This document shows positions 48,420-58,629 of a stretch of DNA of 64,000 nt, one piece after another. The DNA comes from Alphaproteobacteria bacterium (lineage in GTDB: Bacteria; Pseudomonadota; Alphaproteobacteria; RF32; CAG-239). A model generated the notes under the pieces. That model worked only from the letters and a program-made list of their open reading frames with translations, ran no database searches and was not told the origin of the DNA. The translations under genes were made by a program, and so were the position numbers. How positions within the stretch are numbered: the stretch's first letter is position 1; each line of letters starts with the position of its first letter. The stretch is from assembly GCA_017937705.1 (NCBI GenBank), contig JAGBDC010000023.1, positions 2,944 to 66,943 of the forward strand, written 5' to 3'.

Positions 48420-50351
48420 ATGGTTGCTATTAAATTACCAGACGGTAGTGTTATGGATTTTGAAGGCAGTGTTTCAGGACTTGAAATTGCCAACAAAATT
48501 AGCGCCGGTTTAGCAAAAAATGCTTTAGCGGTTAGGGTTAATGACAAATTACAAGATTTAGATACCACAATCACTACAGATGCAACCGTAACCATCATAA
48601 CCACACGTGACAAAGAAGGATTAGAGATTATTCGTCACTCATGTTCACACGTTATGGCAGAAGCTGTAAAAGAGTTATGGCCCGAAGTCCAAGTTACCAT
48701 AGGACCGGCTATTGAAAACGGTTTTTACTATGACTTTTCAAGAAAAGAACCTTTTACAACCGAAGATTTTGAAAAAATCGAAGCGAAAATGCATGAAATT
48801 GTAAAACGTGACGAAAAAATAACTCGCAAAGTTTTGCCGAGAAATGAAGCTATTGAATATTTCAAATCCATCGGAGAACACTATAAAGTTGAGCTGATTG
48901 AAGATTTGCCGGAAAGCGAAGTTATTTCCCTGTATTCACAAGGTAACTTTACCGATTTGTGTAGAGGTCCTCACGTTCCGTCAACCGGAAAAATAGGTGA
49001 TGCCTTTAAATTAATGAAAGTTGCCGGAGCCTATTGGCGCGGTGATGCAACTAAAGAAATGTTGCAACGCATTTATGCTACCGCATGGGCAAACAAAAAA
49101 GATTTGGATGCATATTTAACAATGCTTGAAGAAGCTGCCAAACGTGACCACCGTAAATTAGGCCGTGAAATGGATTTATTCCATTTTGAACCGGAATATG
49201 CTCCGGGGGCTGTTTTCTGGCATGATAAAGGGTATCGTGTATATCGAAAACTCATTGAATATATGCGAAACCGCCAAGAAAACAACGGATATGTAGAAAT
49301 TGCAACTCCTCGCATTATGGACCGTGTTTTGTGGGAAACTTCCGGTCACTGGGACAAATATGGAGCTCATAACTATTCCGGTAAAACTGAAGATGATAAA
49401 ATGTTTTGTGTAAAACCGATGAACTGCCCGGGCGGATTGTTAGTTTATAAGCAAGGTATAAAATCATATCGTGATTTGCCGTTGCGTATGGCTGAATTTG
49501 GTATGGTTAATCGATATGAAGCATCCGGTTCTTTAATGGGATTAATGAGAGTTAGAGAATTTACTCAAGACGATGCGCATATCTTTTGCACTCCGGAACA
49601 AATGGAAGAAGAATGTATTACAACCTTGAAATTGATTTTGGATATTTACAAAGATTTCGGTTTTGAAGACGTAAAAATTTATCTTTCTACTCGTCCCGAC
49701 AGCATTTATAGAATTGGCTCAGATGAAATTTGGGATTTGTGCGAAAATGCACTGTCTAATGCGTTGACATCTCACGGATACGAATTTGAAATTAATGAAG
49801 GCGAAGGCGCTTTCTATGGCCCTAAACTCGAATTTATTTTGCGTGATGCAATCGGTCGTGAATGGCAATGCGGAACAATTCAGGTTGATATGAACTTACC
49901 TCAACGTTTTGATATTTCATATATCGGCGAAGACGGAGAAAAACATCAGCCGGTTATGTTACACCGTGCATTGTTCGGCTCTATTGAACGTTTCTTGGGT
50001 ATTTTGATTGAAAATCATGCCGGCAAACTTCCTCTGTGGTTATCTCCGGAACAAGTTGTAGTTGCTCCGATTGTCAGTGAATTTGACGAATATGCTCAAG
50101 AAGTAACTAACAAATTACGTATGGCCGGCCTGACAGCTAAAGCGGATTTGCGCAATGAAAAAATCAACTATAAAGTCAGAGAACATTCTTTGGCCAAAAT
50201 TCCGGTAATTGCAGTTGTCGGAGCTAAAGAAAAAGAAAACGGAACAGTTACTGTGCGTCGTTTAGGCTCTGAAAAACAAACTGTTATGAAGTTAGATGAC
50301 TTTATAACATCATTGGTTGAAGAAGCACAAATGCCTCATATCAACGAATAA
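48420..50351 (+). CDS. thrS: Threonine--tRNA ligase
   Basis: TGS domain, DLCRGPH, RDHRKLG, KPMNCPG, GAFYGPK. Confidence 0.97.
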   Translation: MVAIKLPDGSVMDFEGSVSGLEIANKISAGLAKNALAVRVNDKLQDLDTTITTDATVTIITTRDKEGLEIIRHSCSHVMAEAVKELWPEVQVTIGPAIENGFYYDFSRKEPFTTEDFEKIEAKMHEIVKRDEKITRKVLPRNEAIEYFKSIGEHYKVELIEDLPESEVISLYSQGNFTDLCRGPHVPSTGKIGDAFKLMKVAGAYWRGDATKEMLQRIYATAWANKKDLDAYLTMLEEAAKRDHRKLGREMDLFHFEPEYAPGAVFWHDKGYRVYRKLIEYMRNRQENNGYVEIATPRIMDRVLWETSGHWDKYGAHNYSGKTEDDKMFCVKPMNCPGGLLVYKQGIKSYRDLPLRMAEFGMVNRYEASGSLMGLMRVREFTQDDAHIFCTPEQMEEECITTLKLILDIYKDFGFEDVKIYLSTRPDSIYRIGSDEIWDLCENALSNALTSHGYEFEINEGEGAFYGPKLEFILRDAIGREWQCGTIQVDMNLPQRFDISYIGEDGEKHQPVMLHRALFGSIERFLGILIENHAGKLPLWLSPEQVVVAPIVSEFDEYAQEVTNKLRMAGLTAKADLRNEKINYKVREHSLAKIPVIAVVGAKEKENGTVTVRRLGSEKQTVMKLDDFITSLVEEAQMPHINE

Positions 50352-50352
50352 T

Positions 50353-50392
50353 AAAAAAATGCCCTTATTGATTTAATAAGGGCATTTTTTTA
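50353..50392. terminator. Bidirectional terminator
   Basis: aaaaaaatgcccttatt-gattt-aataagggcattttttt. Confidence 0.85.
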
Positions 50393-50435
50393 TAACTTTA
50401 TTAAAATAATCTCATCATAAAAGATAATTTAAAAA

Positions 50436-51713
50436 TCAAAATACGTGTTTTCTAGCTCTTCTATACCCTTTTTTGACAGCTTCTTCAACGGTAAAAGCAT
50501 AAAAATCACCATCTTCTTTATTTACTTTAGTTCTATCATATTGTTGATCCATAGGCAAATGATAAATTTTAGTTGGATATCCATATGTGTCATAATTATT
50601 ATTGCATTTTATACGAGGAAAATCTTGCATCATAAAATTTTCTTTAATTTTAACACCTAGGTAGTTAGCAAATTTTTTCCCAGTTTCTGACAAGTGTATA
50701 TTTGTTACTAACAAAGGAATGACTTCCTCTTTTGTTTTATTATTTTCAATTATGTACTGAATCGTTGTTCCATATAGCTGAGCAATATGCTTTTCATGAA
50801 TTAATTTTTCCTGAGACCAATATTTACATTGTATTATATATGTTTTTTCTAATTTATGTGCTATTATATCTCTTCCTAAATCATTTAATTTTTGTTCAAT
50901 TCCAATTCTTTCAACCTCAAAACCTTGTTTTTCCAAATAATAAGAGCAAAACATTTCATAATCTCTACCTATATCCCATTTACTTTTTTTATTAGATTTT
51001 ATGTAGTTATCAAGAGCTCGTTGATTTCTAATATCTTCAGGTAATTTTTCATATTCATCTTTATCTAGCCATAACGAAACTTCATCACTTTCATCTTCTA
51101 TATTATCAAAATTATTTTTACATATTTCTAATGAATTAGGTTTATCTACATAAATGTCTATTTCAGGAAAAATACTCAATAAATATTCATACTGATATTC
51201 TATTCGTTTTTTTTCCTCAATACATTGCTTTGTTATTTTTTTTAATTCTTCTATACGAAGGGCTTCCATGTGTGCTGGGTGTTTTTTATTATGTAAACAT
51301 TCAACTGAATTAGTATAAATAAATGTTTCTAAATCAGCAGAAAAAACTGCCAAATTATTTATCCCTCTATTCATATTTTCTTTGAAATCATTTAGAGCAT
51401 TTGCTAGAATCTCATTTTTTCCTTTAATTTGCTGTTTTTCTCTAGCAAGATTGTCTATTTTCTGCTTTATTTTTAATAACGGAATATATATTTTACTTAG
51501 TTCATTAACCCTTATAGTATTGTCAGAATCATGAGCAAACGCATTGATTGCATCTATAATTTGTGTAACTTGCTGTTTTTCTCTAGCGAGATTGTCTTCT
51601 GCTTTTTGACAATCATATTGAATAGTATTGATGTACATAAATAAGGGGATACCAACAACTATCAATAAAAATATTATAATTTCCAAAACTGTCTCCCTCT
51701 TAAATTTACGCAC
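50436..51713 (-). CDS. Membrane-anchored Mrr-like restriction endonuclease
   Basis: N-terminal TM, coiled coil, GRDYE...DLGRDIIA...IIQCKYW, C-terminal IYHLP...EEAVKKGYRRA. Confidence 0.75.
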   Translation of the reverse strand: MRKFKRETVLEIIIFLLIVVGIPLFMYINTIQYDCQKAEDNLAREKQQVTQIIDAINAFAHDSDNTIRVNELSKIYIPLLKIKQKIDNLAREKQQIKGKNEILANALNDFKENMNRGINNLAVFSADLETFIYTNSVECLHNKKHPAHMEALRIEELKKITKQCIEEKKRIEYQYEYLLSIFPEIDIYVDKPNSLEICKNNFDNIEDESDEVSLWLDKDEYEKLPEDIRNQRALDNYIKSNKKSKWDIGRDYEMFCSYYLEKQGFEVERIGIEQKLNDLGRDIIAHKLEKTYIIQCKYWSQEKLIHEKHIAQLYGTTIQYIIENNKTKEEVIPLLVTNIHLSETGKKFANYLGVKIKENFMMQDFPRIKCNNNYDTYGYPTKIYHLPMDQQYDRTKVNKEDGDFYAFTVEEAVKKGYRRARKHVF

Positions 51714-51913
51714 TTATTTATATTATAATAAAAAAAGAGAAAAAAACAATAACAAGCTTATACCTCCTATTGAATTGTCTAACTTATTGAGGGCGATTTA
51801 ATAATGCCATTTTTAGCCCTTATAACAGTATAAATACTAAAAATTTTGACTTGGAAAAGGCGTAAAAATATGTTACACTTATGTTACATCAGTAATATTT
51901 TGTGGAGACAAAT

Positions 51914-52987
51914 ATGAAGTTGAGTGTATCAGATTATCGTTGGATTCTCCAAAATTGCAGTCTTATCGTCGGGCAGTATAAAGGCAAGCAATATGTTGTT
52001 ATTGAGCCTAAATATCCTAAGCATAAAAATAAGCTAAATCTCATTTTAGGAAAACACCAATTTCCGACTTTAGAAGAATGGAACAAAATGTCCAAACCTC
52101 TTCATGCCAAAAGAAAAGAAGATGACATGCTTCGTCATGATATGGCTGTGCGAAAACTTTCGGGATTATCTTTGGAAAAACTGGAAAGGCTCAACGATAA
52201 ACAACGCTTGGAAATTTTGGATTCTTTGTTGGTTGATGTTATAGGAAAAGATGTTGAAGCATATAAATTAAATATGGAAACCGTAGCAACTTATAAAGAA
52301 CAAATAAAATCTCTATTATTCGGTATCACTCTTCCAAAAGATTTTATAGACCAAGAACAAGCCCGTTGCTCACAATTTTGTAACCGTTTGCAAAGTGTTC
52401 CTCATCTTAAAGAATATTTAGAAAACTGGCCTAAACTCGAATTTAATCAAAGAAAAGAATTATCCCAAAATATTTTAGACGTTTTTAACTCAACATATCA
52501 TACAAATATCGAATTAAAATTTTTTACAACTGAAGAATGGCGACAAGAACAAATTGCAAAAGGGCTTAATCCTGATGAAAGAGTGATGTCAACCGGATAT
52601 GCCGATGATAATGTTATCCATATAAATAAAGAGCGAATGTCAACCTGCGATAATATGGCAATTCCGGGCTTAATTTATCACGAAGCCTTACATATTGTTC
52701 AAGATAGAGAAGATTGGTCTCGTTTTCCTATGGTTGAAAAGCTGTTTGAACCCAAATTTCAATATTTGGCCTTTGATCAAGAAGACTTATATGTTATGAA
52801 TCCGATAGAAGTTCATGCTTATGGTATGGATGAGCATATAAGCGAATTTTTACAAGAAAAAATGCAGATAAAATTTATTGACAGTTCATATTCTCCCGAG
52901 TTGAAAAAACAAGTTAAAGAAACGCAAGAAAAAGCTCGAATTATGTTGAAACATTCTATGTATAGAAATAATAGTCAGGGTAAATAA
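51914..52987 (+). CDS. Hypothetical protein with zincin-like HExxH motif
   Basis: LIYHEALHIVQ...NPIEVHAY; GGAG RBS. Confidence 0.6.
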   Translation: MKLSVSDYRWILQNCSLIVGQYKGKQYVVIEPKYPKHKNKLNLILGKHQFPTLEEWNKMSKPLHAKRKEDDMLRHDMAVRKLSGLSLEKLERLNDKQRLEILDSLLVDVIGKDVEAYKLNMETVATYKEQIKSLLFGITLPKDFIDQEQARCSQFCNRLQSVPHLKEYLENWPKLEFNQRKELSQNILDVFNSTYHTNIELKFFTTEEWRQEQIAKGLNPDERVMSTGYADDNVIHINKERMSTCDNMAIPGLIYHEALHIVQDREDWSRFPMVEKLFEPKFQYLAFDQEDLYVMNPIEVHAYGMDEHISEFLQEKMQIKFIDSSYSPELKKQVKETQEKARIMLKHSMYRNNSQGK

Positions 52988-53055
52988 TTTATTTTTGCAA
53001 TTATATTTTTAATGAGGTAGATTATATCTATCTCATTTTTTATGGAGTATATATA

Positions 53056-53652
53056 ATGAAAAAATATATTTTAGGAGTTTTGGCAGTAATGTTAACAACG
53101 AATATGGCTCAGGCTTTAGAAAAACAACTTCCGCAACCGGATAAAAGTGGTGGTTTGCCATTGATGGAAGCTTTACAACAACGCAGAAGCGGAAAATTTT
53201 TTATAAAAAAAGATATTGATGATAAAGTTTTGAGTAACATTTTATGGGCGGCTTATGGTGTAAACGATAATGAAGGGCGAAGAACAATTCCGACAGCAAT
53301 GAATCAGAAAGAATTGGAAATATATATTGCCGATAAAAACGGTGTTTGGGTGTACGATGCCGATAACAACGCTCTGCAACAAATATCCGATGAAAATATT
53401 TTGAAAGCATTCAGTTCGCAAGAGTATATGGAAAATGCTCCTTTAGTATTAATTTATACCGGTAATAAAGAAAGTAACTATGTTGAAATGCACGCCGGTT
53501 CTGCTTATCAAAATGTGGGACTTTATGCTGCTTCTGCCGGACTTAATAATGTTGTACGCGGATATTTTGATAAAGAGCAAGTTGCAAAACTGATAAAGTT
53601 GCCGGAAAACAAAAAAGTTATTATTACTCAAGCAATCGGTTGGGGAAAATAA
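53056..53652 (+). CDS. Nitroreductase family protein with signal peptide
   Basis: EALQQRRS, LSNILWAA, RRTIPTA, QNVGLYAAS. Confidence 0.85.
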   Translation: MKKYILGVLAVMLTTNMAQALEKQLPQPDKSGGLPLMEALQQRRSGKFFIKKDIDDKVLSNILWAAYGVNDNEGRRTIPTAMNQKELEIYIADKNGVWVYDADNNALQQISDENILKAFSSQEYMENAPLVLIYTGNKESNYVEMHAGSAYQNVGLYAASAGLNNVVRGYFDKEQVAKLIKLPENKKVIITQAIGWGK

Positions 53653-53701
53653 AATATTTCTTGCAAAATTAAATAAAAGTCGTTAAAAGTTAAAACGGCT
53701 T

Positions 53702-53792
53702 GGACAGGTGGCCGAGTGGTCGAAGGCGCACGATTGGAAATCGTGTGTACCTCCAAAGGGTACCAAGGGTTCGAATCCCTTTCTGTCCGCCA
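53702..53792 (+). tRNA. tRNA-Ser(GGA)
   Basis: GGACAGGTGGCCGAGTGG, CACGA-TT GGA AA-TCGTG, long variable arm, GGTTCGAATCC, GCCA. Confidence 0.96.
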
Positions 53793-53829
53793 TTTCTAAC
53801 AAAAAACCTCCATTTACGGAGGTTTTTTG

Positions 53830-54438
53830 TTATTTAGGAATAAGATACTTACTAGGTAAAGCTATAAAATCGTCCAGTCTGCCTACAAAATTATGGTCAG
53901 CATTTTCAATTATTTCCAGTTTGATATTATCCCTTTTAATCATTGTAATCATTTCTGCATATTTGTATGAGGGATCTAAGGTTCCGTATACTAAAATAGC
54001 CTTTTCTCCGTTAAATTGATTTAGTCCTTTTTTGATTTTATGCCAATTAGTAAAAATTGGCATATTTATTAAGAGCATTCTTTTTATTTGAGGATACAGA
54101 TGAGCATACGTTGCTCCGATATAACCACCGTTAGATAACCCCATATAATAAATTTTATAATCCTCAAACTCTTTTTGTTTGCAATAATCTTCTATGACTT
54201 TTATGGCTTGTTCTAATGGATTTGATTTACGAAGAGGATTAGAAGAGCAAATAACTGTATAACCGTAATTTTTGTTAATGTTATTTGCTATTGTTAAATA
54301 CTTATTTTGATAGCCATACATAGAACCATCTTGTCCTGCTTTAATAAACAAAACTGTATTATTCCCCTCTATAATACCATAATTTACTTCTTCATTATCA
54401 ATAGTTTTACTGAAGATAATATCAAAATTACACAACAT
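53830..54438 (-). CDS. Alpha/beta hydrolase
   Basis: GLSNGG nucleophile elbow, GTLD, ADHNF. Confidence 0.75.
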   Translation of the reverse strand: MLCNFDIIFSKTIDNEEVNYGIIEGNNTVLFIKAGQDGSMYGYQNKYLTIANNINKNYGYTVICSSNPLRKSNPLEQAIKVIEDYCKQKEFEDYKIYYMGLSNGGYIGATYAHLYPQIKRMLLINMPIFTNWHKIKKGLNQFNGEKAILVYGTLDPSYKYAEMITMIKRDNIKLEIIENADHNFVGRLDDFIALPSKYLIPK

Positions 54439-54769
54439 GAGTTAAATCTCCAAAAGCCGGCGGATTTTCAGGAACCTTGGATGTATCATTTGTTTCAATA
54501 TAAATCTCCAATCTCTCTGCAAGAATCTTACACCCTTCATTAAATTGATCAATATTTTCAAGAGTTGGTCTAAAAATTTTTACATAATCAGCGATATACT
54601 TGCCTCCATAACTTAATTCATATTTATAGTAGCTTTCATCCATTTTTTCTAATATAGCAAAGCATTTACAATCCTCAGATGCTTGCACACGCCTTTTAAG
54701 TCGTAGAAGAAAATCAAGATATTCATCAGGTGTTGAGAAAAAGCTCTCTATCAAATTATGCTTTGTCAT
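54428..54769 (-). CDS. Hypothetical protein
   Basis: AAGGA RBS; overlaps hydrolase start. Confidence 0.6.
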   Translation of the reverse strand: MTKHNLIESFFSTPDEYLDFLLRLKRRVQASEDCKCFAILEKMDESYYKYELSYGGKYIADYVKIFRPTLENIDQFNEGCKILAERLEIYIETNDTSKVPENPPAFGDLTHVV

Positions 54770-54933
54770 GTTTTGTATCCTTTTATAAAAAACAAATATG
54801 AAATTTCTTGCAATATACATGTATTATTTTTCCATTACAATACAGATAAATTTTAAAATGCCATAATTTGACATTTGTTTAACTGTTTTTAAATTATCGG
54901 TAGTTATGCTTTATAAAAAAACAGGGGGTGCTT

Positions 54934-55884
54934 ATGTTTTATCAAAAAACTCAAAAAATTCTCGATTTGGCTCTTTGGATGCAAACCAAAGAAGGTGGTG
55001 TTTCTATTGCGGACATTATGAAAAAATGTAACGTATCTAAACGAACAGCCATTAGAATGAAAGATATGGTAAAAGCTCAATTTCCGCAAATTATGGAAAT
55101 ATCAGGGGCTCGTAATACCAAAAATTGGTCGATTCCTCGAGGAACTATCAACAATTATATCAGTTTTTCGCTAAATGAAATAAATGCTTTACAAAATGCC
55201 ATAAAACTAATGAAAAACAAACTTCCTGAAGATGTAGAATCATTAGAAAACGTTATGCATAAAATTAAGGCAACAATGAATAGTGATATGCTCAATCGCA
55301 TAGAACCCGATGCCGAGGCTTTGCTTGAGGCAGAAGGATATGCTCTTCGCCCCGGACCTAAAATTAAAGTTAATAAAGAATATATAGAAACATTAAGAAA
55401 TGCTGTAATTGCTTGTAAAGTAATAAAAATAAAATATAAATCCAAAACAAAAAACGAATGGAGAACTGTTCACCCGTATGGTTTTCTTTATGGAAATAAA
55501 CACTATTTGATTGCTTGGCATACAAAACGCAACGTAATGTGTCATTTTGATTTGAATAATATACAAAATATTGAAGTACTGAACGAATATTTTGTTCGTG
55601 ATACCGAATTTTCTTTAGATAAATTCAGTAGTCAGTCTTTTGGTGTATATCAAGAAGAGCCTTTTGATGTTGAATGGTTGTTTGATAAAGAAGTTGCATC
55701 AGAAGCTGAAAAATATATTTTCCATCCTTCTCAAGTGACACAATTAAATGAAGATGGAAGTTTGACTGTTACATTTCGAGCCGGTGGTGCACGTGAAATG
55801 GACTGGCATCTCTACACTTGGGGAAATCACGTAAAAGTGATTAAACCAGAAGATTTTGACGAACGAAAAATTTGGAAAGATTAA
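54934..55884 (+). CDS. HTH-WYL-WCX transcriptional regulator
   Basis: N-terminal HTH (VSKRTAIR), RTVHPYG...HYLIAW, C-terminal WGNHVKVIKP. Confidence 0.88.
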   Translation: MFYQKTQKILDLALWMQTKEGGVSIADIMKKCNVSKRTAIRMKDMVKAQFPQIMEISGARNTKNWSIPRGTINNYISFSLNEINALQNAIKLMKNKLPEDVESLENVMHKIKATMNSDMLNRIEPDAEALLEAEGYALRPGPKIKVNKEYIETLRNAVIACKVIKIKYKSKTKNEWRTVHPYGFLYGNKHYLIAWHTKRNVMCHFDLNNIQNIEVLNEYFVRDTEFSLDKFSSQSFGVYQEEPFDVEWLFDKEVASEAEKYIFHPSQVTQLNEDGSLTVTFRAGGAREMDWHLYTWGNHVKVIKPEDFDERKIWKD

Positions 55885-55974
55885 AGGAAACGCACCTAAT
55901 TTCTTCTTCTGTAACAATTTATAACCTTTGTTGATTTGCTATAAACAAACTATTGAATCATACTCGTAATTGAA

Positions 55975-56550
55975 TTGATGGAGATTATAAAAATGAAGCA
56001 TGGAAAAAATTTTATACTGGGTGAATATGTAATTATTAAGAAACCAGATTTAATGGATATTGGCGATAATGTAAGAATAGCCGATTTTTGTCGTATATCT
56101 TCGGCTTGCAAAATCGGTAATGATTGTGAAATTGCTCCGGGAACATATATTGCCGGAGGCGATGGAGAATACACTTTTGAAATGGGAAGTTTTTCAAGTT
56201 TAGCCGCCGGTGTAAAAGTATGGCTATCAAGCAACGATTATGTAAATGAGTTGGTTACACATTCGGTTCCTGAAGTCAAAGAAATCAAAGGAAATGTTAA
56301 AATGGGGAAATTTACCGGTATTGGAACAAATTCGGTAGTTATGCCGAATAATGATATTCCGGAAGGTGTTACTATCGGCGCATTAAGCTTTGTTCCATCA
56401 AATTATAAGTTTGAACCTTGGACAGTTTATGCTGGTCAACCTATTCGCCCGATAAAAAAACGTAACAAAGCAAATATTATGCGTACATTAATGAAAATAG
56501 GCTATATTGATGAAGATTTTTTAGATGAAAAACAACTATGTGCCGAATGA
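55975..56550 (+). CDS. Hexapeptide-repeat acyltransferase
   Basis: IGDNVRI, IGNDCEI, IGTNSVV, VTIGALSFV, YAGQP. Confidence 0.8.
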   Translation: MMEIIKMKHGKNFILGEYVIIKKPDLMDIGDNVRIADFCRISSACKIGNDCEIAPGTYIAGGDGEYTFEMGSFSSLAAGVKVWLSSNDYVNELVTHSVPEVKEIKGNVKMGKFTGIGTNSVVMPNNDIPEGVTIGALSFVPSNYKFEPWTVYAGQPIRPIKKRNKANIMRTLMKIGYIDEDFLDEKQLCAE

Positions 56551-56669
56551 AAATTTTAGGTCGTTTATGCAAACGACCTTTTTTATTACTATATTATAAT
56601 TATCAAAATTTTAAATGTTTTGTCATTATAATTGTTCGTCAAAAAAAGTTGTTAATAAAGGAAATATAA

Positions 56670-58592
56670 ATGCATGCAATCCATCCGTTGATTATTGATT
56701 TAACATTGATATCCATTTATGCCGCAATCATCACATTAATTTGTAAAAAACTAAAACAACCTACGGTTTTGGGATATGTTCTTGCCGGAATTTTAGCAGG
56801 TCCTTTTTTAAGTTTTGTTCCTACAGTTTCCGATAAAGCAAATTTAACTTTATGGGCTGATATCGGAGTAATATTTTTGCTATTCGGACTAGGATTAGAA
56901 TTTAGTTTTAAAAAGATGATAAATGTCGGAAAATCAGCATTAATTACATCAAATGCAAATATATTTTTTATGTTGTTTTTAGGATATAATACCGGTTTAT
57001 TGCTCGGATGGTCGGTAATGGACAGCTTCTTTTTGGGAAGTATGATTTCTATGTCGTCAACCACAATTATCATTAAAGCTTTCGAAGATTTAAATATTAA
57101 AAAACAAAAATTTACCGATTTGGTTTTTGGGGTATTGGTAGTAGAAGATTTAGTAGGAATTTTACTGTTGGTTTTATTGCCTACCATTGCACTGGGTAAC
57201 GCTATTGACAGCAAGGAACTTTTGTTGAGTACCGCAAAATTGCTTTTCTTCTTGGTTCTTTGCTTTGTTATCGGCATTTATCTGGTTCCGAGTTTTTTGA
57301 AAAAAATTACTCCGTTGCTTAATGATGAAATGCTCTTAATTATATCTATCGGGTTATGCTTCAGTATGGTATTATTAGCAACATCTTTTGGGTTTTCTTC
57401 TGCTTTGGGTGCATTTTTAATGGGGTCAATATTAGCAGAAACTGCTGTTATTGAGAGAATAGAGAAAAACATGAAACCTCTCAAAGATTTCTTTGGTGTG
57501 GTATTCTTTGTGTCGGTGGGTATGATGGTTGACCCATCCATGTTTATAAAATACGCTTGGCCGATTTTAGTTATTACAATAATCGTTATCATCGGAAAAG
57601 TTATTTTTTCTTGTTTTGGTTTCCTGTTTTCCGGCGAAACTTTAAAAACATCGCTACATGGAGGTTTTTCATTGGCTCAAGTAGGCGAATTTGCATTTAT
57701 TATCGCAAGTTTAGGTATGAGCCTGGGTGTCCTTTCAGATCAAGTATATCCGACAATTGTTGCTGTTTCCGTAATTACGACATTTTTGACTCCGATGATG
57801 ATAAAAGCTGCCGGACCTGCTTATAAATATTTGAAAAAAGCATTACCGGATTCAATCAGTAAAAAATTGGAACATACAGCTATTGCTAAGGAAACAAAAA
57901 TAGAAGAACAACACTGGAAACTGTTGTTCAAAAACTATTTCATTCGTTTGAGTTTATTCAGTATGATTTTATACACGGTCATAATTGTTTCTACATACTT
58001 TATAAAACCGTTTATTCACGGATTAATGCCTAATTTGCCGGCAAGAATTACCGTTACGGTAATAACTTTATTACTTATGGCTCCATTTCTAAAAGCTATG
58101 ATAGGTTGGGAAACAATTTTACCGATTTTTGTGCGAGAAAAAATTGCACAATTTTTATGTGTATTTACTCATGAAGATAAAAAGGATGAGAAACGGAAGT
58201 CCGTAATTTCTAAAATTGAAGAAAAACTCGGAATATGCAGTATCTATGACAAGGCGATTGAAGAAAAAAATTTCTTTATTTCAAATCATAGTGCTGCTGC
58301 TGTTTATTATAAACTTTGGACAGCGAAAAAAATTAATCGTATTCCATTGATTGTAATGACAAGTTTTCGTTTAGTTATGGTTTTATTTGCCATTTCTACT
58401 GTAGTTCATCTATTCTTGACCGAAAACCCAAAAGTGACTTGGGGATTAGTTATAATCTCAATTATGGTACTATCCCAATCCAAATGGCTGTTTAACCAAT
58501 ATATGAAAATTGAAAAACAATTTTTAACAAATTTAAAAGGTGATAGAAAAGTTGTTGAAGATTCATCTTTAACTAACGAATCTGCTAATTAA
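56670..58592 (+). CDS. CPA2 cation:proton antiporter
   Basis: QPTVLGYVLAG, FLLFGLGLEFS, SSTTIIIK, EDL, QVGEFAF. Confidence 0.88.
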   Translation: MHAIHPLIIDLTLISIYAAIITLICKKLKQPTVLGYVLAGILAGPFLSFVPTVSDKANLTLWADIGVIFLLFGLGLEFSFKKMINVGKSALITSNANIFFMLFLGYNTGLLLGWSVMDSFFLGSMISMSSTTIIIKAFEDLNIKKQKFTDLVFGVLVVEDLVGILLLVLLPTIALGNAIDSKELLLSTAKLLFFLVLCFVIGIYLVPSFLKKITPLLNDEMLLIISIGLCFSMVLLATSFGFSSALGAFLMGSILAETAVIERIEKNMKPLKDFFGVVFFVSVGMMVDPSMFIKYAWPILVITIIVIIGKVIFSCFGFLFSGETLKTSLHGGFSLAQVGEFAFIIASLGMSLGVLSDQVYPTIVAVSVITTFLTPMMIKAAGPAYKYLKKALPDSISKKLEHTAIAKETKIEEQHWKLLFKNYFIRLSLFSMILYTVIIVSTYFIKPFIHGLMPNLPARITVTVITLLLMAPFLKAMIGWETILPIFVREKIAQFLCVFTHEDKKDEKRKSVISKIEEKLGICSIYDKAIEEKNFFISNHSAAAVYYKLWTAKKINRIPLIVMTSFRLVMVLFAISTVVHLFLTENPKVTWGLVIISIMVLSQSKWLFNQYMKIEKQFLTNLKGDRKVVEDSSLTNESAN

Positions 58593-58629
58593 AAAAAATG
58601 TCCATCTGTTGATGGACATTTTTTCATCT

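Noticed and set aside
53708-54019. 103-aa ORF
   Set aside because: It is a translation of tRNA-Ser plus the antisense of the next gene
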